Positions 13,289 to 26,453 of a DNA stretch of 64,000 nucleotides are shown piece after piece. A program made the translations under genes and the position numbers. Position 1 is the first letter of the stretch. Each line of letters begins with the position of its first letter. The stretch covers positions 22,940,001-23,004,000 of the forward strand of contig CM119380.1 of assembly GCA_051294905.1 (NCBI GenBank). The letters are read 5' to 3'. The notes beneath the pieces were generated by a model. The model worked only from the letters and a program-made list of their open reading frames with translations. It was not told the origin of the DNA and made no database searches. Source of the stretch: Botryllus schlosseri. Taxonomy: Eukaryota.

Positions 13289-13705
13289 GTATTTTACGGT
13301 TCAAATGCACATATTTACATATTTATTATTCTATTTATTCAATATCTTTAATATGAATATATATATATATTTCTTCCTATTTTATAAATTATTTATTATT
13401 TATAGAAGATTTATACGTTTATAAATTATGAATTTCTCATAAATACTAGTACACATTCGATTTATATGAATATTGTGTGAATTGAGATCATGTGTAAGTA
13501 TTTTACGGTTCAAATGCACTTATTTACATATTTATTATTCTATTTATTCAATATATTTAATATGAATATATATATATTTCTTTCTATTTTATAAATTATT
13601 TATTATTTATAGAAGATTTATACGTTTATAAATTATGAATTTCTCATAAATACTAGTACACATTCGATTTATATGAATATTGTGCGAATTGAATTGAGAT
13701 CATGT
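13289..13705 (+). repeat. Tandem duplication (about 209-bp unit) of an AT-rich, ATTTA-rich segment
   Basis: gtattttacggttcaaatgcac...gaattgagatcatgtg occurs at 13289 and 13498 with few differences. Confidence 0.9.
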
Positions 13706-13862
13706 GCAGTGGCGAGATAGCGAGATAACACCAATGGGTGCCAAAAGCCTAGAGGTGGGCCGTGCCATAAGTCGGCAGTTACGAAAAATATGAAGAATAT
13801 CGGCCTGGTGTAAATGACCATAGCAGTCGAAAAACACCATGAATACCCCAAAACAAACAAAC
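13706..13862 (+). mobile_element. Internally deleted tRNA-derived SINE with 14-bp TSD
   Basis: Head gtggcgagatagcg, family 3' body and (CAAA)n tail; TSD aattgagatcatgt at 13692-13705 and 13863-13876. Confidence 0.85.
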
Positions 13863-15161
13863 AATTGAGATCATGTAGCGGCAGTTGAGAACATGGGCCT
13901 GGCATGTGTGAATTGCTGGTGTCGTGTTTGCTAGGATATTGTAGATGTGGCATTCGCGTAAATGATAATTGAAAATCCATGACAGTTCTAGGCAATTACG
14001 GGGTTGTAGGATGCGATCTCCAACAATTGGGGGAGTAAACGAGGGCCAGGCCGAATGACAGCGAAGAGAGTGAGAACATAACGAGAATGACTATGAGATA
14101 GGAAGTAATGGCATATTGAGTGTTTATCGCCACAACCGTTAATTCGCACTGTTTGACTCCGTTTATTCTCGATGATAGGCTGGATTTTTCTGAATGCAAA
14201 TTGAACGTGTAAAATAATTTCCTCTTGCCACAACGCTCCTGAACCAGTAATTGGCAATCAGACCGCTGTCGTGGTTCTCGGCGTCGAAATTGGTACAAAT
14301 ATTGGATATTTGAGGCCAGTTTCAAGTCATTCTCTGCATAGTAAATGCTAACTGTTTCGTTGCAATTCACTTAATGACGACAATTGAAGACGTCGTGCCA
14401 TTGCGACAGTTAGTTGCAATCTTTCGTCAAACGAATTTGAATCACATCTTCTTCGCAATCTTGGTTTGCAGCTTGTTACTGGCACGCTTTCACAACTCAG
14501 AGCAATCAAACAACCTTGTAGTCAAAGCACCTTACAGTCACCGCACGATACAAGTTACTGCATCGCTCAAGATACAAACCAATCATGTCGGGAGTTCTGG
14601 AAAAGGTTGATTTGAACGGAGTGTCTGGCACGTGTCCATTGTATTTAAAATACTCGTTTCCTAGGTAGTTAAGACACTGAAAGGAATTTTGTATTTTTAG
14701 CACAACACGCCGTTTCAGATAGACCTCACGTTGTGTGAATAAACCAGATTGACGTCATTACGAAATGTTCGTCATTTCATAGCAATGTTATATGGTACTG
14801 CCCATAATGCAAGTCATAATGATTGATGGCGATCGCTGTGATGCATTATTTTCCTGCGAATCTAACTAAACGCCTTTTCATACCCACGCAATTGAATGGT
14901 TTTGTACCTGAGAGACCCGTGTCTGTTATGTAACCACTATTCTTCTGAGGAACACTGCAAGCCTTCGGGAAACCTCAAATTTTCACTGAATCATAAAAAA
15001 CTAAATCATACCACAATACACATCTAATACATTACCATAGATTAGTGATGTACAAAACAAACTGTGCATCAACAGAGTGGTAAAGAACAAAGCCATTAAA
15101 ATATGATTGCATGCAAAACGAAAACAATATAATGAGTATTTATTGCAAATATGCTGTTACC

Positions 15162-15590
15162 TAGGGTTACCACACTTCCTCCTTTAAGAGGATTTCTCCT
15201 TCTTCAGGAAATTGAAAATGTCCCTCTTTTTGGCAAATCGTTTTCCTTCGCAGCTTTTACACCAAGGCTAATGGACAGGGTTAACTATAAACCGGCATAA
15301 ATGATGCGAAATAAGTAGAACGGACGTTCGAGCGGGTCATTCGGGTATCGAATCATTGAGTTGACATGTTTTTTTTATTTTATTTATTTTTGTTTAGTCA
15401 GCACCATAGAGTTATCCCGAAAAGTAGGCAATGCGGGAATCGAGTCAAAGTGAAGACCTTTGTTTTTAACCAACACAACAAAATTCCCAGCAAATATTTC
15501 AAAATCAGCTGTTTTCAATTTTGGTAAACTAGCTTCTATGATTTATAAAAAAGTGTCCTCCTTCCCAGGTTGTAAAATATGGTAACCCCA
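15162..15590. mobile_element. hAT-type MITE (TAGGGTTACCA ends)
   Basis: TIRs tagggttacca / tggtaacccca; TSD ctgttacc / ctgctacc (7/8); a related fragment is nested near 31850-32200. Confidence 0.8.
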
Positions 15591-16113
15591 CTGCTACCTT
15601 TCAGATACCAGTTTAGAAATGCAAAAGGCTTGAGATCTTGGAAAGTGTCATCGTATCGCACGGTCGAAACGCAACAGCGTGATACCAATTGCTTAATTTC
15701 AAATGAGCATAAGGATATTGGAGATAAAATTGGAATCTCAGAAAGGAAGGGTTTCGATTTCGTACCCCTGCGTGGCCACTGCGCACAGCGCACCACAACA
15801 ATAGTTACAATTCCACTGCTAATATCGCCTAATTGCCTGCAACGATGACTAAGACGGGCGCGTCATCACAGATCACATGTCTGATTTGAGCGTGTGACTT
15901 GACCTCCAGGGAACCCCTGAGACTGGCTCACGGAAACCCTGGGGTTCCCTGGAACATAGATTAACAACCTCTGTTCTATACACAAATTCCATTCTGAATG
16001 CGTGTAAAGAAGATAATGATGTTTATTGGAAAATATATCGCACACCAGTTTTTAAATAGAATTTCCGTGGTTCGCATTCATTTCAATCGCATCCTATCAT
16101 CATAACTATTTAT

Positions 16114-17067
16114 TAGGGATGGTGTGAACGTGAGGTTCATGTTCGCGTTCTGTGTGTGAACCCCAGAAATTTAGAGGTTTGCGTTCACAAACGAACCTTG
16201 GTAGGTTCTGCACTGTGAACGTTTTTTATATATTACGATTTTCACTTCATTATAACATCTTTGGTTGATATTTATTACATTTCAACTGCGGGCCACTACA
16301 TATGCATGGCCCTGGAAGCATAAGAAATCAACGCTAAGCTTGCAAGCACCTTGACAATTGAAAAATTTTTACTTGCTTTGTCACAAAATTTTTGTCAAAT
16401 ATTTAGTCACTCTCTGCTGTGAGCTTGACCCGCAATCACACAACACCAAGAGTGAAATGCACTACATGTAGGTAGTCAGCGAATGATGCTTATTCAACCA
16501 ATCAATGAAATTTATCTCGTAGTCTGATGTAAAAATTCTAGCAGGCGTACGGTGTCAATCTTGATTTCATATGTTTATTGCATCATGAAAACCAAATCCG
16601 TGCGATTGGTGTGTTGGCTAACTGCTGTATAACTTGTTAGTGGGGAAATATCGGTAGCAATTAAAGAAATCCGTTTTACACTCAATATCAACGTAGCAAT
16701 ACTTAGACGCGATATACATATAGCCCGTTCAGGCCTATACCGGTTCTGGTCGAAATTGTTGGCAAAGCGACGGAAGATATTGATTTTATGGGATTGGTAT
16801 ATCATCCGATTGCCCCAGTTGACACTATTGGCGATGTTTAAAACGTCAATATGTATTTCAGCATATTGGCATTATATGGCCCGATCGAGTCGTCGCTAGG
16901 TGTCGTGTACATTAATATAGGCTAACACTTCACTGAAATCTAGGGTTGAAATTAGCAATATGACGTCCCGTGACGTCATGAGGTTCACTTTCGCATTCAC
17001 ACGGAACCCTTTAAAAAGTTTCGCGTTCACACGGACCCGAACCTTACAGAAGTTCACATCATCCCTA
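16114..17067. mobile_element. hAT-type non-autonomous element (TAGGGATG ends)
   Basis: TIRs tagggatggtgtgaac / gttcacatcatcccta; TSD ctatttat / ctatttgt (7/8); a truncated copy lies at about 8107-8500. Confidence 0.8.
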
Positions 17068-19751
17068 CTATTTGTGTTGAATAGGGGACCGTCTGACTTA
17101 CCGGGATTACTGCTTTGATGGAGATTTAGGTTTCAATATCAATGACCTGCGATCTCGCATTCGCACAGTAATGAGCGTACAAATATATGCCGAAACATGG
17201 AATGTGGTATAAATCGAATATTGTTATCCGATTTATGGATACAGTTGTTCAAAATGATAACTATATTCGTGTACCCCCTTATGTAATGTTACTCACTATA
17301 TATATCATGCAAAATGAAAGAAATACCTAAAAGTCATCCAATCAGCAAACGTGTTCTCATACGTATGTTCACAACTGCATTTGCATACTCTTCAGGCGAG
17401 CGCTGGAAGCAATTTGCGAACGGATATATATCCTCGCAAGCTGCTATGATTAGGCAAGAGCTATAGAACTAATAGTTACTAACTATATATCAAGTATCAG
17501 ATTGTCAACGTCATAAGGTTTACGAGCATAGGCCGTCCGTGCTGTCATTGTCACGAATTCGCTGTTGCCTATATAAATATATTTGTGTTGTCTAAAATAG
17601 GTAGATGTCCTGTCCCCCTAAACTCGTCTTTGGCAAGGAGCGCTATCACAAGTATTAGTTCGTGCAAAATCACAGAATCACTTACAAAACACGCCTGGTT
17701 CAAAGACAAGTGTTAGGGGGAGTCGAGTCGCGTATTCGAATGGCTTGACTTGACCTGCGAAGCAAATTTTCAAGCCAATGTTCAAGTATTCTACTTCGCA
17801 AAGCATTCTGAATCTCTCAGCCGCACTAAAAGACCACTCATCGATACTAATCCTATATTCATATGATTACATTTACATTTTAGATATGGATAATTCTGTC
17901 AGCAGCCATATCGCGGACAAAACAGCTTCGAGATACCCTAAACTGCCGTCGTAAGGGCCTTGACTATAGCCAGTATATATACAACCAGTATGCATTGCAT
18001 ATGCATCAATTTCTAACTGAGGATTCGCGCAATTGAACATCGGTGTCTCACTAATGATGCCTGAGTCCGTCTTGGGCTATATGTGGGGTTGCGATTTACG
18101 AGCACCAGTAATGTGCTGAAGTCTTGGAATAAGCCCCGCAGTTTCGGAACTCAGTTGTTGAATTCGGACCCAAAACTGGAGGCTTATTGGGTGGATTTTG
18201 GAGGTAGCAAATGCATACAACACTAAAGGCACAAATGTTAAACAGTCACATGAGTGGTTGGTGATTAAAAAGTAATGTTTCACTAAGAAGTATAGCTGAT
18301 CCTTGCTTGGACAAGTCGACAAAATTGACGGGTAACAAATTTCTCCTACATTATCAAACATTGTTTCTCGTACCCCTATGACTTCGGCACTGCCTACAGC
18401 CTCCATGCACCATCAGTCAATAAACATCGCATTAAATAAAATATACTATCACAAAGTATTTAGCATTGAGTATAGGTATTGAGTATATACTCCGCGAGCA
18501 ATTTTCTCAGACACATAAATAACCAGTGACTCATATTCTCATAGTTGAGACACGTAACTAGATTTGACGCGGCCTCGCCAATATGCATATTGCATCCGTA
18601 TCCGCACATTAGTTCAAGCGACACAGACTGAAAATGTTTGGTGATTCGAAATTGGCTCGAAATGGGAAATTTTGAGAGGACTTGACTTGACTCGAGTCAT
18701 TTTGAGAATTCGCATGACTTGACTAACGATTTGGCGCATATTCATCAATTTAATGTAGGAGAAAACGCTTTCCCGAATTTTACTGAAGATGGAATACATC
18801 GCAAAATATATTATGTGCTGAAATATCGTGACGACATATCCATTGTTACGTCAAATGACAAACAAATTATTATTCCCGTGGATATACAGTACAATCGATG
18901 TCGTATAGACAAGGATAATGTAGAAGAAACCGCATCGCCCACTTAATCAGCAGTCTACGCCCAAATAAACGTCTTGTGTGTACTGTGTAGTGATCGCGTC
19001 ATTTGCGTCGCAAGCATCATTGTACTCGTGCTTAGGCATAAGCGTAAAACGTGTCACTGTAGTCTGCAAGGTGAAACTCGTTAATCTATTGTAAACTACT
19101 ATTTATAGCGAAGTGACTGTAACAGTTTTAACTACTTTATATGACTAACCTTACCGTTGGTGTTTTTCTTGGTCGCATTTATAAACCTGGCTTTTTGAAA
19201 ATCGAAGTCATTTACTGTTAAATTCCAACCAAGACAAACACAGCATGGAATATGGAAAAGCAATTATGGTGGAAAATTGCACCTATAGTATGGAAGTTTT
19301 TCATTCAATTCCATATAAGGATCAGGCTGAAGATCCTAACTTTTTATCTGTGAATAGCATACCCAGCTCGCACAACTAGTAAAACAACAGTCCCATTCAC
19401 CTCCGGCTGTCACCCACTCCTCCTCAGTCGCTACACATAGGCCGGCCAGAAGACAGGCCTTCGAAAACGAGGTCGGTCTGCGGCACGCATGCGAGGGAAA
19501 ATCATAATTAGTTGTAATTTCTTCCATGCAGTGAGATATCTGCGATAATGATTTTCAACATTGGGGTCCTTTTTTTCTGGGGTTCGTGAACGTCCAATCT
19601 ATTTTTCAGCTTCCCATGAGTAGATCTGATCAAAGGTGCTGGCCTTTCAGGCTGGAGCTTACCAAATCTGAAATTGGGGTACGACCATAGAAAAGTTGGG
19701 AACCACTGCATTAAGGAGACATGTTGCCCCTGAACGTAAAATTGACAGAGG

Positions 19752-20592
19752 TGGTCAGTAACGAAGTTCTTTTACCTTTTCGAAGTACTACTACTACTAC
19801 TACTACTTCTACTTCGTAATATTTTGTGATCTACTTACGTTTCACTATTTTCAGATTGTCAAGTACAAGTATAGTTTAATCCTGCAATCATTAAGACATA
19901 GCCTGAAGAATTTCAGAGCTGTTTCACCGAGTAACAACGTTTAATTTTCATAAACGTTAAGTAAAGCCCTGAACTTTCGTCACGCTTCGTGAACAGTAGA
20001 TATGGAGTGACAAATATGATTTCATGAAAGTATCGGTGAATATAATTTAGATAGTGGGTTGCGTGGTTCTGTTCACACTGGATTGTCGCCAATATGGCAT
20101 ATCTCATCACAGTAGATATGGTCCATGCCGTTTGAAACCACCGTTTCGCAATCTAGCATTTACCCAATGATGGTCAGTAACGAAGTACCTCTACTTTTTG
20201 AAGAACTCAAGTAGTTTTCTGCTCATTTCCTGTTACTTCTACTTCGTAATATTCTGTGATCTACTTACTTTTCGCTATGTTCAGTTTGTCAGTATAAGTC
20301 GTTTAATCCTCCGAACAGGAAGATAGCCTGAGAAATTTCGAGACTGTTTGCACGGAGTATCAACATTTAATTTTCATAAAAGTTCAATAAAGCCCAGAAT
20401 TTTCGTCACGCTTCGCGCACAGTGAATAAGGTGTGTCCAGTATGATTTTACAAAAGTATCGGTGAATATAATTTAGGTATCGGGTTGCGTGATTCCGTTC
20501 ACACCGCATTGTCGCCCGTATGAAATATTTCATCACAGTATATATGGCCCATCATAACGTTTAAGACTGATGTTTCGCAATCTAGCATTTAC
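19752..20592. repeat. Diverged head-to-tail duplication, about 419-bp unit
   Basis: tggtcagtaacgaagt...tttcgcaatctagcatttac at 19752 and 20171; the head carries tacttctact motifs also seen in KCTD3 introns. Confidence 0.8.
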
Positions 20593-20699
20593 TTATCATA
20601 TCGTAATCTAGCAGTCCATGGCGTGTCCTAATCTGGAAAAGTGGTCTCTGACTTTTTTTTTAGCTTTAGACCTGATTTAGCATACTACCTTTTTGTGAT

Positions 20700-20980
20700 G
20701 TGGCGAGGTAGCGTTGTGGTATAATCCATAGCTGCTGCACCAATGGGTTGCGGGTCGGAGTCCGACCGAGGTCGGCTCCACAATTCCTATCTTAGCGTTG
20801 GATGTTTAGGTATATATACGCTCCTCCTCGCCACGTGATTCTTATAACAGTTGTCTTGTATAAAGCCTAGAAGTGGGCCGTACTACAAGTCGGTAAATAC
20901 GGAGTCATAAATAAAGTATACCGGCCTGGTGTAAAATGACCAATGCAATCGAAACACAATGAATATCAAAACAACCAACC
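20700..20980 (+). mobile_element. Near full-length tRNA-derived SINE
   Basis: ggcgaggtagcgttgtggt (A-box-like), gggtcggagtccg (B-box-like), conserved ctagaagtgggccg...cggcctggtgtaaatgacc body and CAA-rich tail; other copies near 8510-8730, 22530-22670(-), 26915-27040(-), 30715-30880. Confidence 0.75.
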
Positions 20981-23900
20981 AGAAACTTTCTGGATTAGAG
21001 ACATAAAATACATTTTCCGCTTTTCGAATTATGTATTTATATTTCACCTTCAATCCACAGTATCATACTTTGAGTTCTAATTAGTTTCAGTTCTTTTGTC
21101 TGGAGAACGTATGACGAAGTTTAAAAGCAATTGTAGTAATGGGTCTATTTTCCGAAAAATAGCTACACTAAATGGCATTTTTACGATCCGCCGTATTCTG
21201 ATCAACGTATAGTAATCGCGTATCCGATCCAACTTCTCCGTATTTCTCTTCCACTATATTACACGGGCCCTACAATATGGGGGAGAGCGCCATCCCATGA
21301 CATTCTCTAAAACGGCGTGTTCGAGTAAACAAATGCGATCACTATCGCATTTCCAATTGAATAGTGTATTCATATTGAAATGAACCCGACTATTCTCGGC
21401 TGACACACGCATTTCCATATCAATACTATCACATGCATCCCTTGATGTGGATGAATGCTTATGCTGCCGCAAATTGATATCTCGTGGGATGCATCAATAT
21501 GAATCAAGCTCTATGCACTTTACGCATAACTCAATTTGCAGCTTTCGACAGTCCGTGCGGACAAATTACGACCTTTTTGATAACTTCTTACTTATATTGA
21601 GTAGATTTAAGTCAGTAAATTTTATTTCTACTTCAAGTAGTTTTAGGTTTCTTTTAAAAGTGCTATTTCTACTCGTACTTGACAGCACAAATTCCACCAG
21701 CCGAGGAACAGGATGCGCCCCGTGAAGAAATTTCGATTTGGGATCGTGTGTGTCTCATGAAGGGAATCTTTTATTTTAATTTAGCGTGATACGTTTGGCA
21801 GCTTGCAGTATCTTCTGGCTATATAGCAGACGTAAGGTCACAAAATAACAACACGCAACAAAGTAGTTATCTTAAACACGGTAATTATTACGTGCCGTAA
21901 ATCAAAAATAAATAGCAATATATGCAATTCCCAATATTCTTGACAAAATTTAGTCACGAATTTGAAAAACTACTTCTAAACAATAAATACATTCTGACAT
22001 GTCATATATTGAAACTCGAGCTTTTCGTGTTGTAGTGGGAAGGACCGTCGTAAAATGGGGGTATGGGCGAAGCTCCCAGGAGTTTGATTGGTCAGCCTAT
22101 GGTGGGCTCAGACCAAGGTTTTGTGATGGGGGTTGACGAAGTGCTGTTTAGATCCTGGAAAACGGTATCAGTGTTCCGTCTTTATTGATTCATGGCGTAG
22201 TTTTCGCCCTTCAAATCAGATTCTGAACTGATGAACTTCCCGCATGATACCGACTTTTCGGAACATCGTACCTCCGCGCGCGTTTTGTCAAATTATCATC
22301 TAAGTGACAAAATGACGAAAACAACTAAATCTGTTTGGTAATTTAACTCGAGTCGCGGCGTACCTGCAAACCTCTCACGTCACACCAACGTGCCACGGAC
22401 CATCGCTGGAAGAGCGCTGCATTAGGACTCGTGTGACCTCCATGATGACATATTTACATGTGATAATACGCCATTGGGATCAAAACAATTTCAGAGTTTT
22501 TCCCCTGCCCTACGACTCGATCTATTTAAAAAATTCGTCAGTATGGTGGTGGAGGTGGTGTTCTTGTTGTTTGTGGTATTCATGTTGCATTTCGACTGCA
22601 ATGGTCAATTGGTCATTTACACCAGGCCGATAGTCTTTATTGTAATTCCGCCGCTGCCGACTTGTAGCCACTAGCCATGCACTATACAAACTGATATTCC
22701 ACTATCTCTTCAATATACATATATTAGACATGTGGTAGTTTGTACAGATTGTTAACATAATGCTTCTTCCCAATTTTACTTGTCAAGTTTTGGTAGCAAT
22801 TGCTCGCATTCCCGGAATTTCAAATATGTATGGATTCTATTGGCTTTTGGTTCAAGACTTCGTTGACCTAAACATTGCCGATTGTCAATTCACAGAAAAT
22901 AACAACTACACAGAGGCTCATTAAGTGGAAATATCATTCTGGCTACTGTCATGCACTGCGAATGAAGGACAATCCTTGTTGTCAGGATTATGATAAATGT
23001 AAACTTGTGATGTATCAAGGCGTCAATATATAATGGCGGAAGCATCCTTCAAATTTGTGTAAACTCTCGGTTTCGCCCACTATGACGCAGTTGATTTGGG
23101 ATTGATGTATTCCAAAAGTGAATACCGGGAACAGGAAGCGTACGCGACCTACATGGGAAAGCCGTAAAACGCAGTTACGATATTGATGAACTCTTAAGGC
23201 GTTCTTTGCTGTACTTGAGAGTTCGGAATCGGAAATTATAGAACGCACATTCATCGATCTCCATACTTCAACATCACTATAAAATTGAGTATCGACACTT
23301 CGGCAGTCACGACATTCACAGTTATCGGTATATACATATATGTCGTTGTTTATGTTTTCTCGTTTGATATGACCATATAAGGAATTTCGCATTTGTAAAT
23401 GCATTAATTAATGACAGCGACTTAAAACTCGACTTCGTATATAGTGTTCCGTGTTTGGGAAATACTCAAGCACGGTTGCTCATAGCATGTTCCGTCTGTA
23501 TAGGATGATGTAATTTAGGAAAAGCATGGGTGTTGTAATGAAGTTTCTGTTGTGTTGAATTCTAGCCAAAAGCAGCCGCCAATGATTCTTTTGTATATGC
23601 ACTGCAGAAAACCCTGGATGTTATCTATGTATCTTTACGCAATCTGTTTCTTGGCATGGTTTCGCCACATCGCCCGGAGCTCATATTACATTAATTTGAA
23701 TGGGCGGTTCATATTGTTGCGCCGCGTCAAGATGTCGGTACACGTCATATGCTACAGGCTACGCGCTAGCGTTCTGCACGGTTCCCCAGGGACAATTTCC
23801 ATGCAATAAGTGAAATGGTTTGTGCAGGGATATCCCTGGGTTTGTGGTAATGAAAATAGAAAAGCGGTGCACTCCCATTCGAGTTTTTAATGTTTGCTGT

Positions 23901-24240
23901 GGCGAGATATACACGGGAGCCGTGTTGGATTAGTCTGGTGGTTTGACAAGGGGAGCCGGCTCCACGTGACATTCCTACCTTACGTCATATTGGTTACATA
24001 TACAATTGCCAAAAAAAGAGATGACTGCATTCACCAAGATTTCCGTGACAAGTGATTAAAATATGATTGTAGAGTATATTCCCTACTTTATGCCAAAAAT
24101 ATAAACTAAAATGGAAAATGTAAATTAGATGAGACAAGGGTATCACAAACAGTAGCACGTGATTTAGGCTACATTATAATACAAAATCGTACTGTCGCGA
24201 TGTTTGACCGGGATCCAATATAGCCAGGGCCTACTCACAC

Positions 24241-24965
24241 GTTTGTTTGTGGTGTTGATGGTGTTTGTCGACTGCAACGGTCATTTACACCAGGCCGATA
24301 TTTCTTATATTTTGATTCCGTAGCTGCCGACTTGTAGCACGGCCCACTTCTAGGCTTTTTAAGACACCGCCTACGCCTTCGTCAGAAATTCAGCGGCGCA
24401 GGAATTTCTGTGATGGGTGCGTGTATTTTGTGATATGCCGACCCGTCATGTGACGAAGGCACTCCTCGATTATCCTGAGGTTGAAATCGGGATATTGTCG
24501 GCTGAATTCGCATCTTCATCGTATAAAGTGCCACGAAGATGGCCTGTGCCACACCTTCATGGCCGAAGAGACCGTCGAACACTTTCTGATTGTGTGCCCA
24601 GTATATGCTTCTCAGAGACAATATTTGAAGAGTGCGGCCAGACGGAACCATGTCGACATGACAGTACGGGCCCTATTATCCAGTCCATATACAATTCAGA
24701 CTGTTATTGAATTCGTATTAGCCTCCCGATTGATCTAATTTTTGCGGATATAATATTTTCGACGTGGTCTGGTGCACAAGACCTTAGTAGTTAAGCACCA
24801 TTAACCCCACATACAACACACTCATGAGCCTAGAGATGGCTAGGAGGAGCCTAGATAAACCTCCAAAACCTAGGTAGGAATTCTGGAGTCGACCTCAGTT
24901 GGACTCGAACCCACAACCCATTGGTGTTGCAACTGTGGATTATACCACTACGTTATCTCGCCACG
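24241..24965 (-). mobile_element. SINE copy split by an inserted LINE 3' fragment
   Basis: SINE 3' half at 24241-24387 and 5' half at about 24840-24965, both on the minus strand. Confidence 0.7.
24388..24825 (+). mobile_element. LINE 3' fragment with C-terminal Cys/His motif (I/Nimb-like group)
   Basis: ORF 24481-24738 GLCHTFMAEETVEHFLIVCPVYASQRQYL matches the C..ETxEHxLxxCP motif of non-LTR ORF2 C-termini. Confidence 0.7.
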
Positions 24966-26453
24966 CCTAATCGCACGATTAGTGATTATATGATTTAAGA
25001 ATTCTACCCAAACGTGGAAGTTGAAGACTTTTTCAAGTTAGGTTCGGGTTCGACTTTCAAACATATTTCGAGCTTGAATCGGTCCGAATGTCACTCGACT
25101 ATGCAACGGTAGGAAAGTGTGTACGAGTTCCTCGGCGAAATCAGGCTGCAATCAGCCTTCGGCTTCGTGTAAAAATCCCAGGTCCCGATGGTACCTCTGA
25201 AACTAGATAGAATGATAATTCCACCAAATATTTTAGCTTTCATAGATCTACGTATAGATGCATACAGCCCAGCATTCGGTGGAATACCTAGGACCTTCAC
25301 GTAATGCGTCACAACAGGCCTAAATGCTACGGTTTGAAGAATATAATCGACTACGCCTGCAGAATTTGGAGTAACGTCTCATGCGCTTGGAGTTTTGAGT
25401 TGATTCTTGTTTGCTCATGCAATTTCTAGCGATAATTATTTATATTTAGTAAGTAGTAACCATGCAGGTTAGAGATGATATTCAGAGGAAACGTAGCAAA
25501 TATATTTATAATCTCAGACATTGATAAAGCAAACGGGAAACTGCTGCTTTCCCGTCTGGTTTTGGTGTAAGGATACTTATCTTCGATACAGGTTCACCAC
25601 ACGTTTGACTCCAGTCTCATGTTAATAGCCCACTCTATTTATGGTGCGCATGAAGCAAGCACGTCATCAACGTGATATTTTCCGATTTGAATATAGTGAT
25701 ATGTGATAGTATTGGTTAGTAATAATGTTATTCTTCAGATCACAGTGGTGCTTAGTCTTGTAGTATATATGCTTACATTGTTCCTTCAACTTTTGCCCTT
25801 CAGATCACTTGTCGCGTTGCGTGTTTAACTCAACTTCGGATGCTTCCGAGGTGGCGAGATAGGATTATTACTCACCCACAATTTTACTGACGTCAGTCAA
25901 CGGTAGCCAATCTAAATCGCGCGCGCAATCGCTTGGTAACTTGCCAATGTCATGCATGTATACTAGGTAGAATAAAGCGGCACGTACGGTGATCGTGTGC
26001 CGCTTCTGTATTAAATCACCATGAGTTATAAATTTTCACGTAATACTAACAATATAATATAAACAAACTGTATTTATAAGTATACCAACGTTCAAGATAT
26101 CTGCTTAACATCTGCGGCCTTGGATTCTTGGTTCGTATTTGATTCTTGGTTCAAATGGTGCAATACTGGCGTTTCCATAACTTCGAATCGAGTATCGGCT
26201 GTATCGCCCACTGCTCGAGCAAAGAGCTCATGTACCCCCCCCCCCCCACACACACACACAATGAGATTATTGGTAATCATTGAACCATTCAAGTTACCAT
26301 CAAATAGAAATGAGCAGTATAACATCCGCATGTGTTTCAGTGAGAGCATGCTACATTTGGCAACTGATGAATCCGAACGAGTGCTTCGCGTTTCCACTTA
26401 GTTAGAATCTGCGACATTTCTGACCTCTATACCTTTCGTAACCTGCTGTAAGC

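Noticed and set aside
18719-19075. ORF plus read-through giving an ectodomain-like stretch, a hydrophobic segment and RHKRK
   Set aside because: Interrupted by a stop, flanked by MITE debris, with no recognisable domain or start.
21686-21750. AQIPPAEEQDAPREEISIWDRV after an AG, resembling apoA-I DEPPQSPWDRV
   Set aside because: The AG sits at the edge of a MITE fragment, the donor is weak, and no signal-peptide exon or final exon was found.
23015-23404. 129-aa minus-strand ORF
   Set aside because: No motif, signal peptide or splice support that could be identified by eye.
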